NCBI RefSeq assembly: GCF_000372725.1
Contig: NW_005201269.1
Span: 248,001 to 312,000 of the forward strand
Reading direction: 5' to 3'
DNA: 64,000 nt
Source: Emiliania huxleyi CCMP1516
Taxonomy: Eukaryota
Each line of letters starts with the position of its first letter. Position 1 is the first letter of the stretch. Positions 1-12,642 of this stretch are shown here, piece by piece. A program made the translations under genes and the position numbers. The notes under the pieces were generated by a model, which had not been told where the DNA came from, made no database searches, and was given only the letters and a program-made list of their open reading frames with translations.

Positions 1-497
1 TAAATTTCCGGAAATTTCTCCTTCCGAACAAGGCTGTCATATTTCTCAAAATATTTCGGGAAATCTACATTTGCCCCAACCCCCAACCCTCAGCCCCGGC
101 CCACACCGAAGCGAGCGATGGCCCCGCGCCCACCCACAGACACTGCATGCGTACGCACACACACCAAGAGTAAATCTCTCTCTCACACACCTCGCCAGAG
201 CGGGACGATCGCGCCCGATCGCGCCCCGACGCTCGCTACCGCGGCAAGCGCCGGCCGGCCCCGGCAAGCGCCGCGGCCCCGGCCCAGCGGCGACTGGCGG
301 CGGCCGCGCTCAAGCGGCCTGCGCGTTGCGCCGCGAGGAGCGAGTCCGTTTCGAGATTGGCGTCGGCTCGGGGAGCTTGCTCTTGGCGCCGGCCGGCTCC
401 GGCTCCGGCGCGGTGGGTGTTGAATTCTTTATGCGCCCAAGTTGTGTTCGGCGCTAGCAGGCTGGCTAGTATCGCCGCTCCTGAGCCTTCTATCCCC

Positions 498-3028
498 ATG
501 ATCCTCCGCCTGGTTGTCGTCGCTGCTTCACTCGTCGTCATCGGACTGCTCGTGCACGCCAACACGCTCGTCGGAAGCTCCCGCAACGCGCACCTGAGCG
601 CGCTGCGGGCGGGCGGTCCCTCGGCCGTCGGCAGCAGCACCGCTGCCGCTGCCGCCAGCGAGAGCCCACAGGCCGCTGCCGCTGCCGCCAGCGAGAGCCC
701 ACAAGCGGGTGCGGCGCAGCACTCGCAGCCAGCCAAAGCGTCGCACGTGACCGCCACCTCCGAGCCGGCGCAGCACGCGACGCCGCCGCTTGCGGCCACC
801 ACTCCGCACGCCGAGGCGGCGCCGCAAGGGTGCCCGCCGACCCGGAAGCCGTACCACGTGGTGATGACGGCGGCGACGGGGATTTACCAGGAGTGGCAGT
901 CTCGCATCGCGTACTACCACTACCTCAAGCAGAAGAAGGCGGGCGGTCCGTGTTCCGACATCGGCGGCTTCACGCGGCTGTTCAACTCGCCGAGCGCGGC
1001 GCCCGACAAGCTGATGGACGAGATGGTGATTGATTAGTGAATGGCCATGTGACATAATTAATGAGCAGGCGCCCGACAAGCTGATGGACGAGATCCCGAC
1101 GCTGGTGGTGAAGCAGCTTGGGCACGGGTCGTGCGACGAGTGCGACCACGGCATCATCGCGGTGAACCGGCCGTGGCGAGGTGTGAACAGCGTCTCTTCA
1201 CACCCACTGCTGTGAACAGGCTTCATCGTGATGAACCGGCCGTGGGGCGCCGTCCAGTTCGTAGAGACGGAGCACTTTCGCAATATCCCGGAGGAGCGCG
1301 CCTCTCCGACGCCTCTCTGCCGCCTCTCTGCCGCCTCTCTGCCTCTGCCGCCTCTCTGCCGCCTCTCTGCCGCCTCTCTGCCCCGCGCGAGAGCCGGAGG
1401 CAGCGACAGCGGCTCGGCCGCGGCACCGCGGGGGTTGGCTGTGTAGAGTACCCTTCTTCATCGAGAGAGACGCCGAGATCTACCCGAGATCTACCCGAGA
1501 TCTACCCGCGGTCTACCCGAGATCTGCCCGAGATCTACCCGAGGTCTACCCGAGATCTACCCGCGATCTACCCGCGATCTACCCGAGGTCTAGCCCGAGG
1601 TCTAGCCGAGAGATGGGTCGTAGGAGTACCTCTTCTTCATCGAGACGGACCACATGATGATGCGCCCGCCCCTCAACGGCGCCACCCCCGAGAAGCCGGT
1701 CGGCTTCGGCTTCTACTACATGACCTCGACCCTAGAAGCCAAACACACACTGTCGTGTCCTCCCAACCAGCTCGAGAGGACACGGACTCCGCTGTGCTCG
1801 GCCGTCGTCCGCTGTACTCACTGCACTCGTGGCCCCTCGTCTTCACGCGGTGCTCTGGAGACACTGCACAGTGCCGTACTCCCGCCCCGACCTTGGTGTC
1901 TTCAGCACGCAGGCTGGTACGCCGCACAGCTGCTACCGCACCACCCACGGGACCGAACCCACACTGGATTCGTTACTCTGGAGGTATGGTGCACGCAGGA
2001 TCTCGACCGACCCGAAGCTGCAGCCCGTCGTCCAAAAGTTCCTCGACCCGGCGATCGACATCCGCACCGTGGACAACGTCGGCCCCTCGCCCCTCCTCGT
2101 GCACAAGGCGTCCTACACCCACACACGACACCTTCTCTACTCTCCCCCCTGTGTCGCATGTGGCATGCCCCTCGCCCCTCCTCGTGCACAAGGCGTCCTA
2201 CACCCACACATGACACCTTCTCTACTCTCCCCCCTGTGTCGCATGTGGCATGCCCCTCGCCCCTCCTCGTGCACAAGGCGTCCTACACCCACACATGACA
2301 CCTTCTCTACTCTCCCCCCTGTGTCGCATGTGGCATGCCCCTCGCCCCTCCTCGTGCACAAGGCGATGCTCAAGCGAGTCGCGCGGCCGTGGTGGGACCT
2401 CTCCGTCAAGATGAAGCACGACAGCGACGCGAACCACATCTTCGGCTGGGTGCTCCGAGATGTGGGGCTGCAACCTCCCTCACTCACTACTGACGATGAA
2501 TGAGTCCTGATTCGTTCTGAGGTGCTCGAGATGTGGGGCTACAACCTCGCCGCCCGCAACCTCGGCATCCGCCACACCGTCTCCCAGTCCATCCAGGCAG
2601 CAGGGCACGGGGACAGGCCGCCGCTCCTCGGCCCTCCCCCGAGCATCCTCGGGCGCTTCCTCGCAGGTCGAGCCACAGGGCATCGGCACCGACGACATGG
2701 CGGACAAGGACATCTACCACTGCACCTCCCCCTATCTCCGCCTATCTCCGCCTATCTCCCCCTATCTCCCCCTGTCTCCCTCGCAGGACATCTACCACTA
2801 CACCTTCGGCCTCAGCCTGCCTGGCGGCTGGAGGGTGGACAAGCGGCAGTACTACGGCGGCTACCCCGCCGACCACCTCCGCTCTCCGCCCGCCTGCTCC
2901 GCAAGGTCGGCGCAGATCATCACCAACCTCTGGACCGAGGCGGCGCAGCAGATCTCCAACTGGCCGCGGAGAGTCGAGCCCATCGCCGAAGACCCGCACG
3001 CCGGTGAGCAAGAGGGGGAAGAGCCCCC

Positions 3029-3059
<31 letters not shown>

Positions 3060-4382
3060 ACCTCCCCCCCCCCTCTCCCCATCCCCCACCCCCAGGCTCG
3101 CCCTTTGCGAAGCTGCTGCAGCTGCCCGTCGCCAAGCGCGGAGGCGTGTCCGACCTTCTCGTTGGCACCGGCCCGTGGGCGTGGGGGCGGCTCAAGGCGC
3201 TCCCCCCCCTCCGACCACGACCACCAACAGTCTCTCTCACAGCCACCGGTCACCGCGCCCCCTTCTCCGCGAGGCCCTCTACTTCTTCTCGCGCGGCGTC
3301 GCGTACATCAACAACGGCGACGGGCCGCGCTCCGCCGACGCGCACAACGTCGGCCGAGGCTCGTGGCGGGGGCAGGATCTGGATTCAAAATTGACTCGGC
3401 GAGGTCTTAATCAATGACGGGTTAGGCTCGTGGCGGGAGCAGCCGGACGGCAGCGTGCGCCTGACTATGTGCGGCCGCGTGTACCGGCGGGCCGTTGCCG
3501 AGGGCGAGCGGCTTGCGACTCGAGAAAGACCTGCGATCACACCGAGGTGCGCCGTGTGCAGGCTGGCCTTTGCCGACCCGGCCGCGCCGTGGTCCTTTGC
3601 GGCGCGGCTCGAGAGCACAGCGCCGGGAGGGGCCGCAGCGGAGGCCGAGCCGGGCCCCGCCGCTTCGGGGTCGCTCAGCACGGCCTCGCAGCGGGCGGCG
3701 CAGCTCCACCCCCTCGACCCGACCTTGCATGCGGCCGGCTTCGGCGCCGGCCTCGAGGCGGCGGGCGAGGCGGGCGACCCTAAATTCTCCCTTGTGGAAA
3801 AGCTGGCCGGTTTTGGCCCGTGGGGGGCTCCCCCCCCCCCCCCCCTTCCCCCCCCTCCTCCTCCTCCTCCCCCCCCCCCCCCTCCTCCTCCTCCTCCCGC
3901 CGCCCGAGACACGGCCCCCGCCACCGCCAGGTCCTGGGCTGGCATGTTTCCGCTCGGCTTCATGCGCGGCGGCCAGCTCATCACTCCGTGGGGCGACGGC
4001 ACCTGGGGCGTGACTCGCTCCTCCGGCTCCGAGGTCGCGCCTGCGATAATTCACATGGTAACTAAGTAATTAATTAACCTCTCCTCCGGCTCCGAGGTCG
4101 CGCCTGCGATAATTCACATGGTAACTAAGTCATTAATTAACCTCTACCTCCGGCTCCGAGGTCGCGCCGGCCGGCGCCGTCTTTGCCGACTTTGCAAACA
4201 GCTTCCACACGGTGAGGCTCAAGGACAGGCACTGCCTGAAGCTCGAGTCGACCCGCAAGGTGGACGGCGAGCACGTGAGCGTCGAGTTTGGGCCGCCCGC
4301 CGAGTTCGACGGGCGGGACGAGGGGCGAGAGTGCAAGTCGTGGTTCAGCCGCGCGGTGGAGGCTGGGGCGGCGCCACCCTGA
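498..4382 (+). CDS. Multi-exon hydroxyproline O-arabinosyltransferase (HPAT)-like glycosyltransferase, type II membrane protein with a long C-terminal extension
   Basis: The N-terminus has a TM anchor (MILRLVVVAASLVVIGLLV). The spliced product reads YHVVMTAATGIYQEWQSRIAYYHY...GGFTRL...PDKLMDEIPT...FIVMNRPW...ETDHMMMRP...VGPSPLLVHK...FGWVLEMWGY...IYHYTFG...DKR, matching HPAT family motifs. Introns include 999-1068, 1151-1219, 1722-1998, 2108-2362, 2450-2521, 2709-2786 and 4034-4160. The 3' exon structure is approximate. Confidence 0.8.
1475..1612 (+). repeat. Intronic 11-bp tandem repeat (GAGATCTACCC)n
   Basis: Directly visible degenerate array inside an intron of the HPAT-like gene. Confidence 0.9.
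1731..1912 (+). mobile_element. Introner-like element, copy 1
   Basis: Runs CCTAGAAG...CTCGAGAGGACAC...TTCACGCGGTGCTCTG...CACGCAG. Homologous to 18908-19078(-), 27985-28106, 28508-28700 and 30898-31090. Confidence 0.75.
2083..2365 (+). repeat. 85-bp tandem repeat (3 units plus a partial unit) forming an intron
   Basis: Units start at 2083, 2168, 2253 and 2338. Each contains the exon sequence CCCTCGCCCCTCCTCGTGCACAAGGCG. Confidence 0.9.
4020..4168 (+). repeat. ~63-bp tandem duplication forming an intron
   Basis: CTCCGGCTCCGAGGTCGCGCC occurs three times, separated by near-identical AT-rich spacers. Confidence 0.85.
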
Positions 4383-4763
4383 GTCGCGTATACCTCTGCT
4401 CTGTGAGCGTCTGTGTCCGGTGAGCGAACGATTTTCAGAGGGGTGTGGGCACTCACCGCGTGCAGCCGGGCGCGTGGGCGTTTTATCGTGAAAGGTCCGT
4501 CAGATGTGCATGTGTGTGCACGGCCACGGGGTCGCCACAGCACACTCAGTTCCACCGCGCACAAGGAGACTCGCCGCGGATTCTTTTTTATAACCAAGCC
4601 TTGCCTTAACGATAAAGGAAATGGCACGTGTTGCCGCATGTCGGATGTCGCCACAGCACACCTCACTGTGCTTAGAAATTCTTTTCCAGCTTGCGGAAAA
4701 TTCTTTCAGCCCGGGGCCTCGCGCCCGGCACGGCAGGCGAATCGCAAGCGTTGTCGCTCCCAG

Positions 4764-5479
4764 ATGGGCAAGAAAGACAAGTCTGAGAAGAAGAAGGAGG
4801 TCGAGGACGACGACGACGCCGAGGACGGCAGCAAGAAGCAGGTCTTCCTGTCTCCGATCGCCAGCCCACTTGCGGGCAAAAAGCTGACGAAAAAGGCGCC
4901 TCCGCGCCTCCGCGCCTCTGTGTGTGTGTGTGTGTGTGCGCGCGCGCGCCAGTGTTGTGACGCGGTGCAGCCCTTCCCTTTCGTCGGGAAACCTGGAAAC
5001 TGGCCCGGGCAGGCGCTCAAGTGCATCAAAAAGGCGTCCGGCGCCAAGACGCTGCGGCGCGGTGTCAAGGAGGTGGTCAAGGCGCTGAAGAAGGACACCA
5101 AGGGCTTGTGCATCATCGCAGGCGCGCCGACAGTTCGCGTGTGGTGGGTGCGCGAGGTGCGTGCGCGCCAAGGTCCCGCCCCTCCGCAGGTAACATCTCG
5201 CCCATTGACGTGATTGCGCACGTCCCGATCCTATGCGAGGAGAAGGCAGTGCCCTACTGCTACGTGCCTTCGAAGGAGGAGCTGGGGCAGGCGCGCGCCG
5301 AGCCTTGCCCGTGGGGAGTGGCTGGCGGCCGCTGGGGCCGAATCCCGACCCCTCTCCCATAGGCGTCGCTCACCAAGCGGCCCACTTCGATTGTGCTCGT
5401 GACGTGTGCCGCCGACTTCAAGGAGGCGTACGAGGAGCTGAGCGCCGAGATGGCGGCGCTCGCGCCCGCGAGCAGTTAG
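4764..5479 (+). CDS. NHP2: H/ACA snoRNP subunit NHP2 (L7Ae family)
   Basis: Exons are 4764-4895, 5013-5121, 5190-5290 and 5363-5479, and all three introns are GC-AG. The product reads LSPIASPLAGKKLTKK-ALKCIKKA...LRRGVKEVVKAL...IIAGNISPIDVIAHVPILCEE..VPYCYVPSKEELGQASLTKRPTS. Confidence 0.92.
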
Positions 5480-5763
5480 CGGGAGCCGCAGCAGGACACG
5501 GGGCGGGGCACAGTCTGCATGTGAGAGGGAGAACAGGGCTGGGGGCGGGGTCGCTCTTTGGCCTCTAAGAGTGTCGTCTGTCGAGGTCATTGACATTGTG
5601 GTGGCGGCGTTGGCGGAAGAGTGGGTCGAGATGGTGTTTCGCGACCAAAAGCAGAACCGTCGTTCTGCCAGAAGCAGAATACCTGAATAGCAGTGTCTCT
5701 TGCGCGGCCCAAGCTGCAGAAACGAGCTTTTAGTGCTTAGGAGCATAAGCACTGGATTCTCAT

Positions 5764-6283
5764 GCGCGCGGAGCGCGCCGGTGCTCTACCCGGACACGCG
5801 CGGAGCGCGCTAGAGTCTGGACACCGCACGCGCGGAGCGCGCTAGCTAGACACACACGCGCGGAGCGCGCTGGCTAGATACCGCGCGGAGCGCGCTGGCA
5901 CCTATGTGCGCGGAGCGCACCGCGGTAGAGTCTAGACACATGAAGACAGTCTGTTGCAGTCAGTTGTGGCCACGCGGCTTCGGCCTGACGTCGTAGCACT
6001 CGGCTGGCAGACGCTGTGTCTCTGCCTTCTTCCGCGTCATGACCAGACCCCACGGTCGCGCGGAGCGCGCCGCTGCATGGGTAGGCGCGGAGCGCCGCCA
6101 CTCGAGATTGGGCCTGTGGGTGGGCCGATTGTGGTTCCTGCGTGTGAGTCAAACTCTTAATAGAAATCGCATCTAGCCCTCCACAACCCTCAAAATTTTC
6201 TTCGGGGCGCGCTCCGCGCGCGGCGCTCCGCGCCTACTCCTTGAGCGTCATAGGCACTGGTTCGCACATGTTCTGCAGCTTGG
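5764..6283. repeat. GCGCGGAGCGCGC-rich dispersed repeat, probably a non-autonomous element end
   Basis: Multiple GCGCGGAGCGCGC units. The ~230 bp at 6055-6283 are highly similar to 33066-33289. Confidence 0.75.
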
Positions 6284-7052
6284 TGCGCGGCGGGCATTTA
6301 TGTATGTAAATAAGAGGAGTGCAGTCGAGAGGACAGGGGAGGGACGCGGCCAGAAAGATCAGTGCCAAAACTCACGAGACCTCGATACTAACAAAGACTA
6401 CGATACTGGAGGTAGCAAGTGTCGACGATTTTTTTACGAAGATTGTGTTCGTCGAAGTTCAGAAAAAGAGTTTCTGCTTAGTTCTATTTGTGACTGCCGC
6501 GGCTTGTGCGTGGCTGTGCGCTGTGCGCCGCCCGGCGGTGTCGACTGTCGTGTGGAGCGATGATGTACCTTGCGAGTCTCCTCACGGGCCAAATTGATGA
6601 CTAATGTGATATCGGATTAATTTGAATGCCCCATGCCATATCTCGTGCGCCGGAGCTGCCACACCGCCCCTGTGCACCTCTTGCCCTGCAAATTCTTTTG
6701 CAAGCTGTGGAGCGGCCAAGAGTTCTTTTTGCAGGAGAGAGTCCTGGTAAAGTTCTTTTTGCCGCGTTACTCTGAATTCTTTTTGCCACTATGCCTGGGT
6801 TCCAACCAACTTTTTCCGGGGTATGGTATGGTACTCTCACGGCCCAAGGGGTGGGGGTGTCCTTACCGCCCATTCCCGGTCTCCGGGAGGCTGGGTCTGT
6901 CAGCAGGCGGGGGGGTATGGTCTCGAGGTGGGTTAGGTTAGGCTAGGTAATGCTAATCGCACCATACCATACCCGCAAAAAGTCCGAACTCGACCCGGCG
7001 ACGCGGGCGGGCACGCGTCGGTGTGGTGCTTGGCGCCATACCACGCTTCCAC

Positions 7053-8132
7053 ATGCCGCTACCGCACGTGAGCGACGGCACGCTCCCTGCCCACGTGGAG
7101 GAGCAGCGCACGCGCGTCTCGATCCATGAGGACGCGCCGCGGATGACTGCGACAGTCGAGGCGGCTGGCGCCTACTTTGCGTCAGGCGTCGACAACTCCT
7201 TCTCGATGGAGCGCTTCCGCCGCGACCTTCGCATCGAGGTGCAGCAGCTCGACGAGGAAGAGATTGTCTTTGACGTGATCGGGATCGACGCGGCCATTGC
7301 CAACGCCTTTCGGCGGATCCTGCTCTCTGAGGTGCCTGCGATGGCAATCGACAAGGTGTTTATTCTCAACAACACGTCGATGACAGAGGACGAGGTCCTC
7401 GCGCACCGGCTCGGCCTCATCCCCATCCGCGCCGACCCGCGCCTCTTCCGCGAGCGTGTCGGCGATGAGGACCCGGACGAGCATCACGTCATCGCATTCC
7501 GGCTCGAGATCAAGTGCACGCGAGGCAACAAGGACGATCCCGGGTCGAGCGAGATGGTAAACTCGCGCGTCCTCTCCAGCCACCTGCAGTGGATCCCGCA
7601 GGGCGACCAGGAGGAGCGCTTCCGCGAGCGCGAGATCAAGCCGGTGCACGACGACATCCTGATCGCAAAGCTGCGGCCGGGTCAAGAGATCGTGCTCGAG
7701 GCGTGGTGCGAGAAGGGGATCGGCAAGACGCACTCCAAGTGGTCGCCCGTCGCCACCGCCTCGTACCGCCTGCTACCCGAGATCCGGGTCAAGCCCGCGC
7801 GCGCGCGCGACGCCGACACGGCCGAGGCGCCGCCTGCGGCCGCGCCGTCCATCTTCGACGCGGCGGAGGGCGCCGCGCCGCCGTCGGTGGCGACGCGGCC
7901 GCGGGCGTGCTCGATGCCGGGGCGGCACGGCGGCGCGGTGCCGGGGTGGGAGCATCGGGTGCAGTGCTCGCGCGTGCGCGACCACTTCATCTTCTCGGTC
8001 GAGTCGACCGGCATTCTGCCGCCAGAGGAGCTGTTTTGCGAGGCGGCCAAGGTGCTCATGCAAAAGGCGGCCGACTTAGCGCAGCTTCTCAAAGACGCCG
8101 TGTTAGGGCAGGGCGGCGGCGCCGACGAGTGA
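7053..8132 (+). CDS. POLR1C: DNA-directed RNA polymerases I and III subunit RPAC1 (AC40), intronless
   Basis: Contains FDVIGIDAAIANAFRRILLSEVPAMAIDKVFILNNTS..DEVLAHRLGLIP, DILIAKLRPGQEI, GIGKTHSKWSPVATASYRLLP and HFIFSVESTG. Confidence 0.95.
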   Translation: MPLPHVSDGTLPAHVEEQRTRVSIHEDAPRMTATVEAAGAYFASGVDNSFSMERFRRDLRIEVQQLDEEEIVFDVIGIDAAIANAFRRILLSEVPAMAIDKVFILNNTSMTEDEVLAHRLGLIPIRADPRLFRERVGDEDPDEHHVIAFRLEIKCTRGNKDDPGSSEMVNSRVLSSHLQWIPQGDQEERFREREIKPVHDDILIAKLRPGQEIVLEAWCEKGIGKTHSKWSPVATASYRLLPEIRVKPARARDADTAEAPPAAAPSIFDAAEGAAPPSVATRPRACSMPGRHGGAVPGWEHRVQCSRVRDHFIFSVESTGILPPEELFCEAAKVLMQKAADLAQLLKDAVLGQGGGADE

Positions 8133-8413
8133 GATGACCTCGCGGCGCGTCTCGGCGCGTGTGTGACGCTCTGCGATACGATAGGTGTGTCTGTGTGTGG
8201 TCGCTCTCGCGCGAGAAAGTGAATCTTGAAGTGTTGCACTCTGCACAAACATATGGAGGCACATTCTTGCGTCGTCGTACTGCACTCAGTACTCTGAAGG
8301 TGAAGCGCGATTTCCGCCTCGGGCCCAGTAGCACAACCACATGACAAGCGAAGCGGTACGCCAAGGCCCCGAAGCAACGCCAACGGTGTGTGTGGTCGGT
8401 GTGCGACTGCGAG

Positions 8414-9245
8414 CTCTGGGGGGGCGCGGGGGCCCCCGGAGGCACTGTGCGCCGCGCAGCAGAGCGGAAACGCAAACGGAGGGAAACGGGGCTCCGGCGC
8501 TCATACTCGCTCATACTACCAACTTCCCGATCTAACCCGGTCTAACAGAGGGCAGATTTGGAGAGATCTCGAGGAGTACATACAGATAGACCCTCCAATC
8601 ATCAGCAAACTCCGACCTGATCGGTCGTACTGACCGCCGACAGATAACTCAAGACAGCAGACAGGCCGACGTCTGCACGCGGCCGGCCGGGCGAGAGGCT
8701 TGACACGATCCGACCCTGCGAGACCCTGACGCTGCTGCTCTAGCTATCAGACATGCACTGCTGACTGCTGCCACAATGTGCGACCGGTGCTGGCCCACTT
8801 GGCGGCCTTCCCGGTCAGTGGTGATGCGCAGTTCAGAGCTGTCGATGGCGCAATGCCGCACTGGTCCCACATTGGTAACACGAGACCACCAAGTTTGCCG
8901 GTCCAAGAGAGAGGCACCGGCGCTGTCCTGAGAAGGTGCATGGTCCCTCTTGACTGCCCATGCGCGCGAGGCTGTGTAGGCATAGCCTCGAGAGTGCCAG
9001 CAGCCAATCTGAGGCAGTTTGTGACGCGCATTGCGTCAGAAGAGTGCACACATTGGAAGGACACCTTCCTACTGGCCGTACGATCAGGTTGTCACTAAAT
9101 GCTTGATACTAAGGCCGCGAGCTATGCAGGTGATCAATTGTGCAGCATGGCACGGTCAGCAGCGCCGACAGGCTGTCGCAAGGCGTGATAGCATGGCCGC
9201 AAGGACGCCGAATTCCCATGAAAACAAGTGAAAAATCGCAAAAAA
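8414..9245. repeat. ~830-bp dispersed repeat, copy 1
   Basis: Aligns along its length with ~37904-38715. The two copies give near-identical translations (for example MRPVLAHLAAFPVSG). Confidence 0.85.
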
Positions 9246-9898
9246 AATCCAAGAGAGGGGTTGGAGGGCGGGAGAATCCAAAAAAGCCGTCGAAAAAGCC
9301 ACAAAAAGCCAGCGAGCCTCCCGTTACGCGATTGCCGCGAAGCGCAGCATGATGCGTGGCCAGCGTGGGAGGCTGCCGCCGCTGTCAGAGGCGGCCGCCA
9401 CTGTGAGGTCTCGAGGGCCGACCGGCCGGGCGAGCATCCGCGCTGCCGACGACGACGCGCCGCAGCCTCGGCCCTCGCGCCTCGCCGCGGTGCCGCGCGC
9501 CCCCCGCACAGCCACAGGGATCACGGTGAGAGAGGGGCGGATGGCCGGTCTGCAACCTTGCACTGCAAGGTCCCCCCCGCGGTGTGTGCTCAGTGCTGTT
9601 CCTACATCCTAGAGTGCTGTGTGTCGTGTGCGGTGTTCACGACCACGGATCTCGCGGTCTCTTGACTCTTGCGTGTCACGTTCTCTTGACTATTCCAGCT
9701 TGCAGAAAAGGGGCTCTCTCGATTCTTGTGAGATGTGTGTGATGACCCGAGAGATAGCGGAGTCCGGAGACCGATGCCGCGACACAACAACACCGAACAC
9801 GCGTGCAGAGCGGATAGAGTTTGAAGGGGGTCGCCGCTACAAGCCCGACCTCCCTGATCAAACGCAGCCTCTGGTCCCTCTGGCGCCCAGCGACGCCG

Positions 9899-11958
9899 TC
9901 AAAAGCTCAGCGCCTTGACGGTCTCGTTGAGCGCGGAGATGGCGGCGTCTTCTTGGGCCGGCGCGTCTGGGGCGGATCGGCCGTCGCCATCCTTGCGGTA
10001 GTAGGGCGAGCTCTCCTTTGCCTTTCGGTGGAGGACGGAGCGGCGCTCGAAGCTCGGCCGCGGAGTCAGCTTCGAAAAGTCGTCCGAGGAGCGGAGCGAG
10101 TTGTTGTCGATGACGAAATCCTCCTCCCCCTCGCGCGCGGGCGGCGGCGCGGCCGCGGCCAGCTTCGGGCTCACTGGCGAAGTGGGACCGACCCCCTCGG
10201 GCGACCGGTGGGGCGGCACGTTCTCCGCGCCGGTCGGCTCGTCGCCGCCCGCCTCGCCCACCTCGGCCTCCGCCTCCGGCGCGGACGCGTAGTCCTCCTC
10301 GTCGCCCGACGAGGAGGGGGACGCCTCGCGCGGCTCGCACGCATGCCCGCCCTCGGCTGCACCGCCGCCGAGCTCGACGCCGACGATGGTGCCGATGCGG
10401 CGCCACTCGGCGGAGCGAGCCAGGTGCGGCGCGAGCGCGGCGGTGCGCCCGATCGCCGCGATCTCGAGCACGAGCAGCCTCGCGTGCTCCGGCGAGCAGC
10501 GCGAAGCCTTGCCGCCCGCTCCCTCCCGCATGAGCAAATTGCGCTCGAGCCGCGGCAGCAGCTTTGCCGACTTCAGGATGGCGGCGCCGAGGCGGGCGTC
10601 GTCGCAGCGCAGCGCGGAGACCAGCGCCTTGAGGAGGGCGTGCCGCAGCATGTCCTGCCGCCCGCCCCCGTTCCGATCCACCCGCGTGAAGAGCTCGGCC
10701 GTGACCAGCGCAGCCGAGCAGCTGCCGCGGCAGCCGAGCAGCTCTTGCGGCGCTGAGTCGAGGAAAGAGGACCACAAGCGGGCGGCGGCGCGGGCAACCT
10801 CGCAAGAGCCGTGCGCCAGCAGCCGCGAGAGCGGGCCGAGCAGCGCCGCCACCGCCCCAGCCACCCTCGGAGCGGCCTGGGGCGCGCCCTCTCCGCCTGG
10901 CCCCGCCTCTGCGTCTCCACACGCTTGCTCAGCGGCGAGCGCGGCGGCGCCGAGGGAGAGGAGGGCAATCTGCGACTGGCGGCGGCGGTGCGCGGCGCAG
11001 TCGCCCGCGGCGACCGCCCGCGTGAAGAGCGGGAGGAAGGGCCGCGCCACAAGCGTGAGTAGCCGCGCGCCGTCCGCCCGCATCGACGCCGCCTCGAGCA
11101 CGCAGCAGAGAAGCTCCGCGGCGTCGAGGGAGGCGTCGCCGCCACCCTCCATCAGGCGCATCAGGCTGGGCAGGATGGACTGCTCCCCCACCAGCGCGAG
11201 CTGCAGCGGCACCGCCCCCTCCTCCCCCAGCCCCGCCTGCCCGCCCAGCCCGATGACGTTTTTGAGGAGCATCCTCACGGCCTCGCAGTGCAGGTGAGGC
11301 ACGAGGGAGAGCAGCAGCCGCGGCAGCCCGAGCGCACTGCGGCGCGGCGGGAGGCGGGTCGGGATGGGACGGGGCGGGGCATCGGGGCGGGGCATCGGGG
11401 CGGGGCATCGGGGCGGGGCGGCGACGGGCGCGATCTGGATCGGCGGAGGGGGGAGCGGAGGGAGGGAAGCGGCCGGGGAGGCGCTCACGAGATTGCGGCG
11501 CCGAGCCCGCCGGACCCCTCGGGGGAGAGGAGGAGCGCCGCGGCGCAGCGGCACCAGTAGTAGAGCAGCACGGGGTGGCGCTCCGGCCGCTCGACGAACT
11601 GCCACATTCGCGAGAGGACCGTCGGGTTGCGCAGCAGCCCGCGCGTGCCGATGGAGGAGGAGAGCAGCACGGCGGCGGCAAAGGCGTCCTCAAAGCGGCG
11701 CCCCTCCTTTGGCGCGTCGGCAGGTCGGGGGTCCTCCGCGCTGAGGAGCGTGCCGACAAGGGCGGAGAGCGCCTCGGGCGCCGCGAAGACCGCGATGGCG
11801 CGCGCGTTGGACTCAAACTCCGACTGCACGCCCTGGATGCACGACTCGAGGTGCTCCTCTCGCCCGAAGAAGCCGCTGGTGGCGATGAGCTCGTCCTCAA
11901 AGGCTGTGAGCGTGTCCACGACCCGGCGGACGTATTCGCCGTACGTGTCGAGCTTCAT
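9899..11958 (-). CDS. Alpha-helical protein, weakly SAPS/PP6 regulatory subunit-like
   Basis: Two ORFs are joined across an intron filled with a CGGGGCAT repeat (~11340-11485). LSRMWQFV..HPVLLYYW and SLVPHLHCEAVRMLL resemble SAPS segments, and there is an acidic, disordered tail. The family assignment is tentative. Confidence 0.55.
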
Positions 11959-12240
11959 GCTCCTGGGACGGCGGCGGCGGTGGCGGCGGTGAGCGAGGCG
12001 GCGGCGGAGGAGGAGGCGAAGGGCATGGAGGAGGTGGTGCGGGGGAGGCGGCAGGGAGGGAGGAGGAGGCGAGGGGCGAAAGGGCGAGGCAAACACCGGG
12101 CCCCCCCCGCTGAGTGAGCTTCAAAGGGCGGCAGCGGGAAAAAAATCCTTCGCCGGCGGCGAGAGACTGCGAAGAGAGATAGGAAGAGGCAGACTCCCTA
12201 GGGTGGGCGACGGCTAGCGCACCACACACCTCTCCTTAAA

Positions 12241-12320
12241 ATCCCTGTGTGTGGTGGCGGCGTGCCGTCCTCCCATCCGCATCCCTCCCTTGGCTTGTCT
12301 GTTTTCTTTCTTTCTTTTTC
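12241..12320 (+). repeat. Short dispersed repeat, with an inverted copy at ~26222-26290
   Basis: GGTGGCGGCGTGCCGTCCTCCCATCC and a following T-rich tract are shared between the copies. Confidence 0.7.
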
Positions 12321-12642
12321 GGGCAGAGAGGACGAAACGGTGGCGGGGCCGCGGCCAAAGAAGGCTAGGAGGGGAGGTCGGGCCCCACAGTCGTCGCGTA
12401 ACCACCTCGGAAGGCGAACAGGAGGGAGGACCGAGGGGAGGGAGGGCCCCCCTCGGAGGGGGGGTGAGGAGACCGTGCGCGGAGCGGGGGGTTCCGAGCG
12501 GTGATGTCAGTGAGGAATGTGTGTGTTGTCGTGCTAGTGTCTGGTGTCTACTAGCCCCGAGTAGAGGGGGCGTTCCGCTGCTAGGGAAAAGCCGGAGCGC
12601 AGAGCTAACCCTCGGGGACCCGTGTTTACTTTAGGCCCTTTC

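Noticed and set aside
6930..6948. GGTTAGGTTAGGCTAGG telomere/telo-box-like motif upstream of RPAC1
   Set aside because: It is too short and degenerate to support a call.
9821..11297. Long plus-strand ORFs
   Set aside because: They are shadows of the minus-strand gene.
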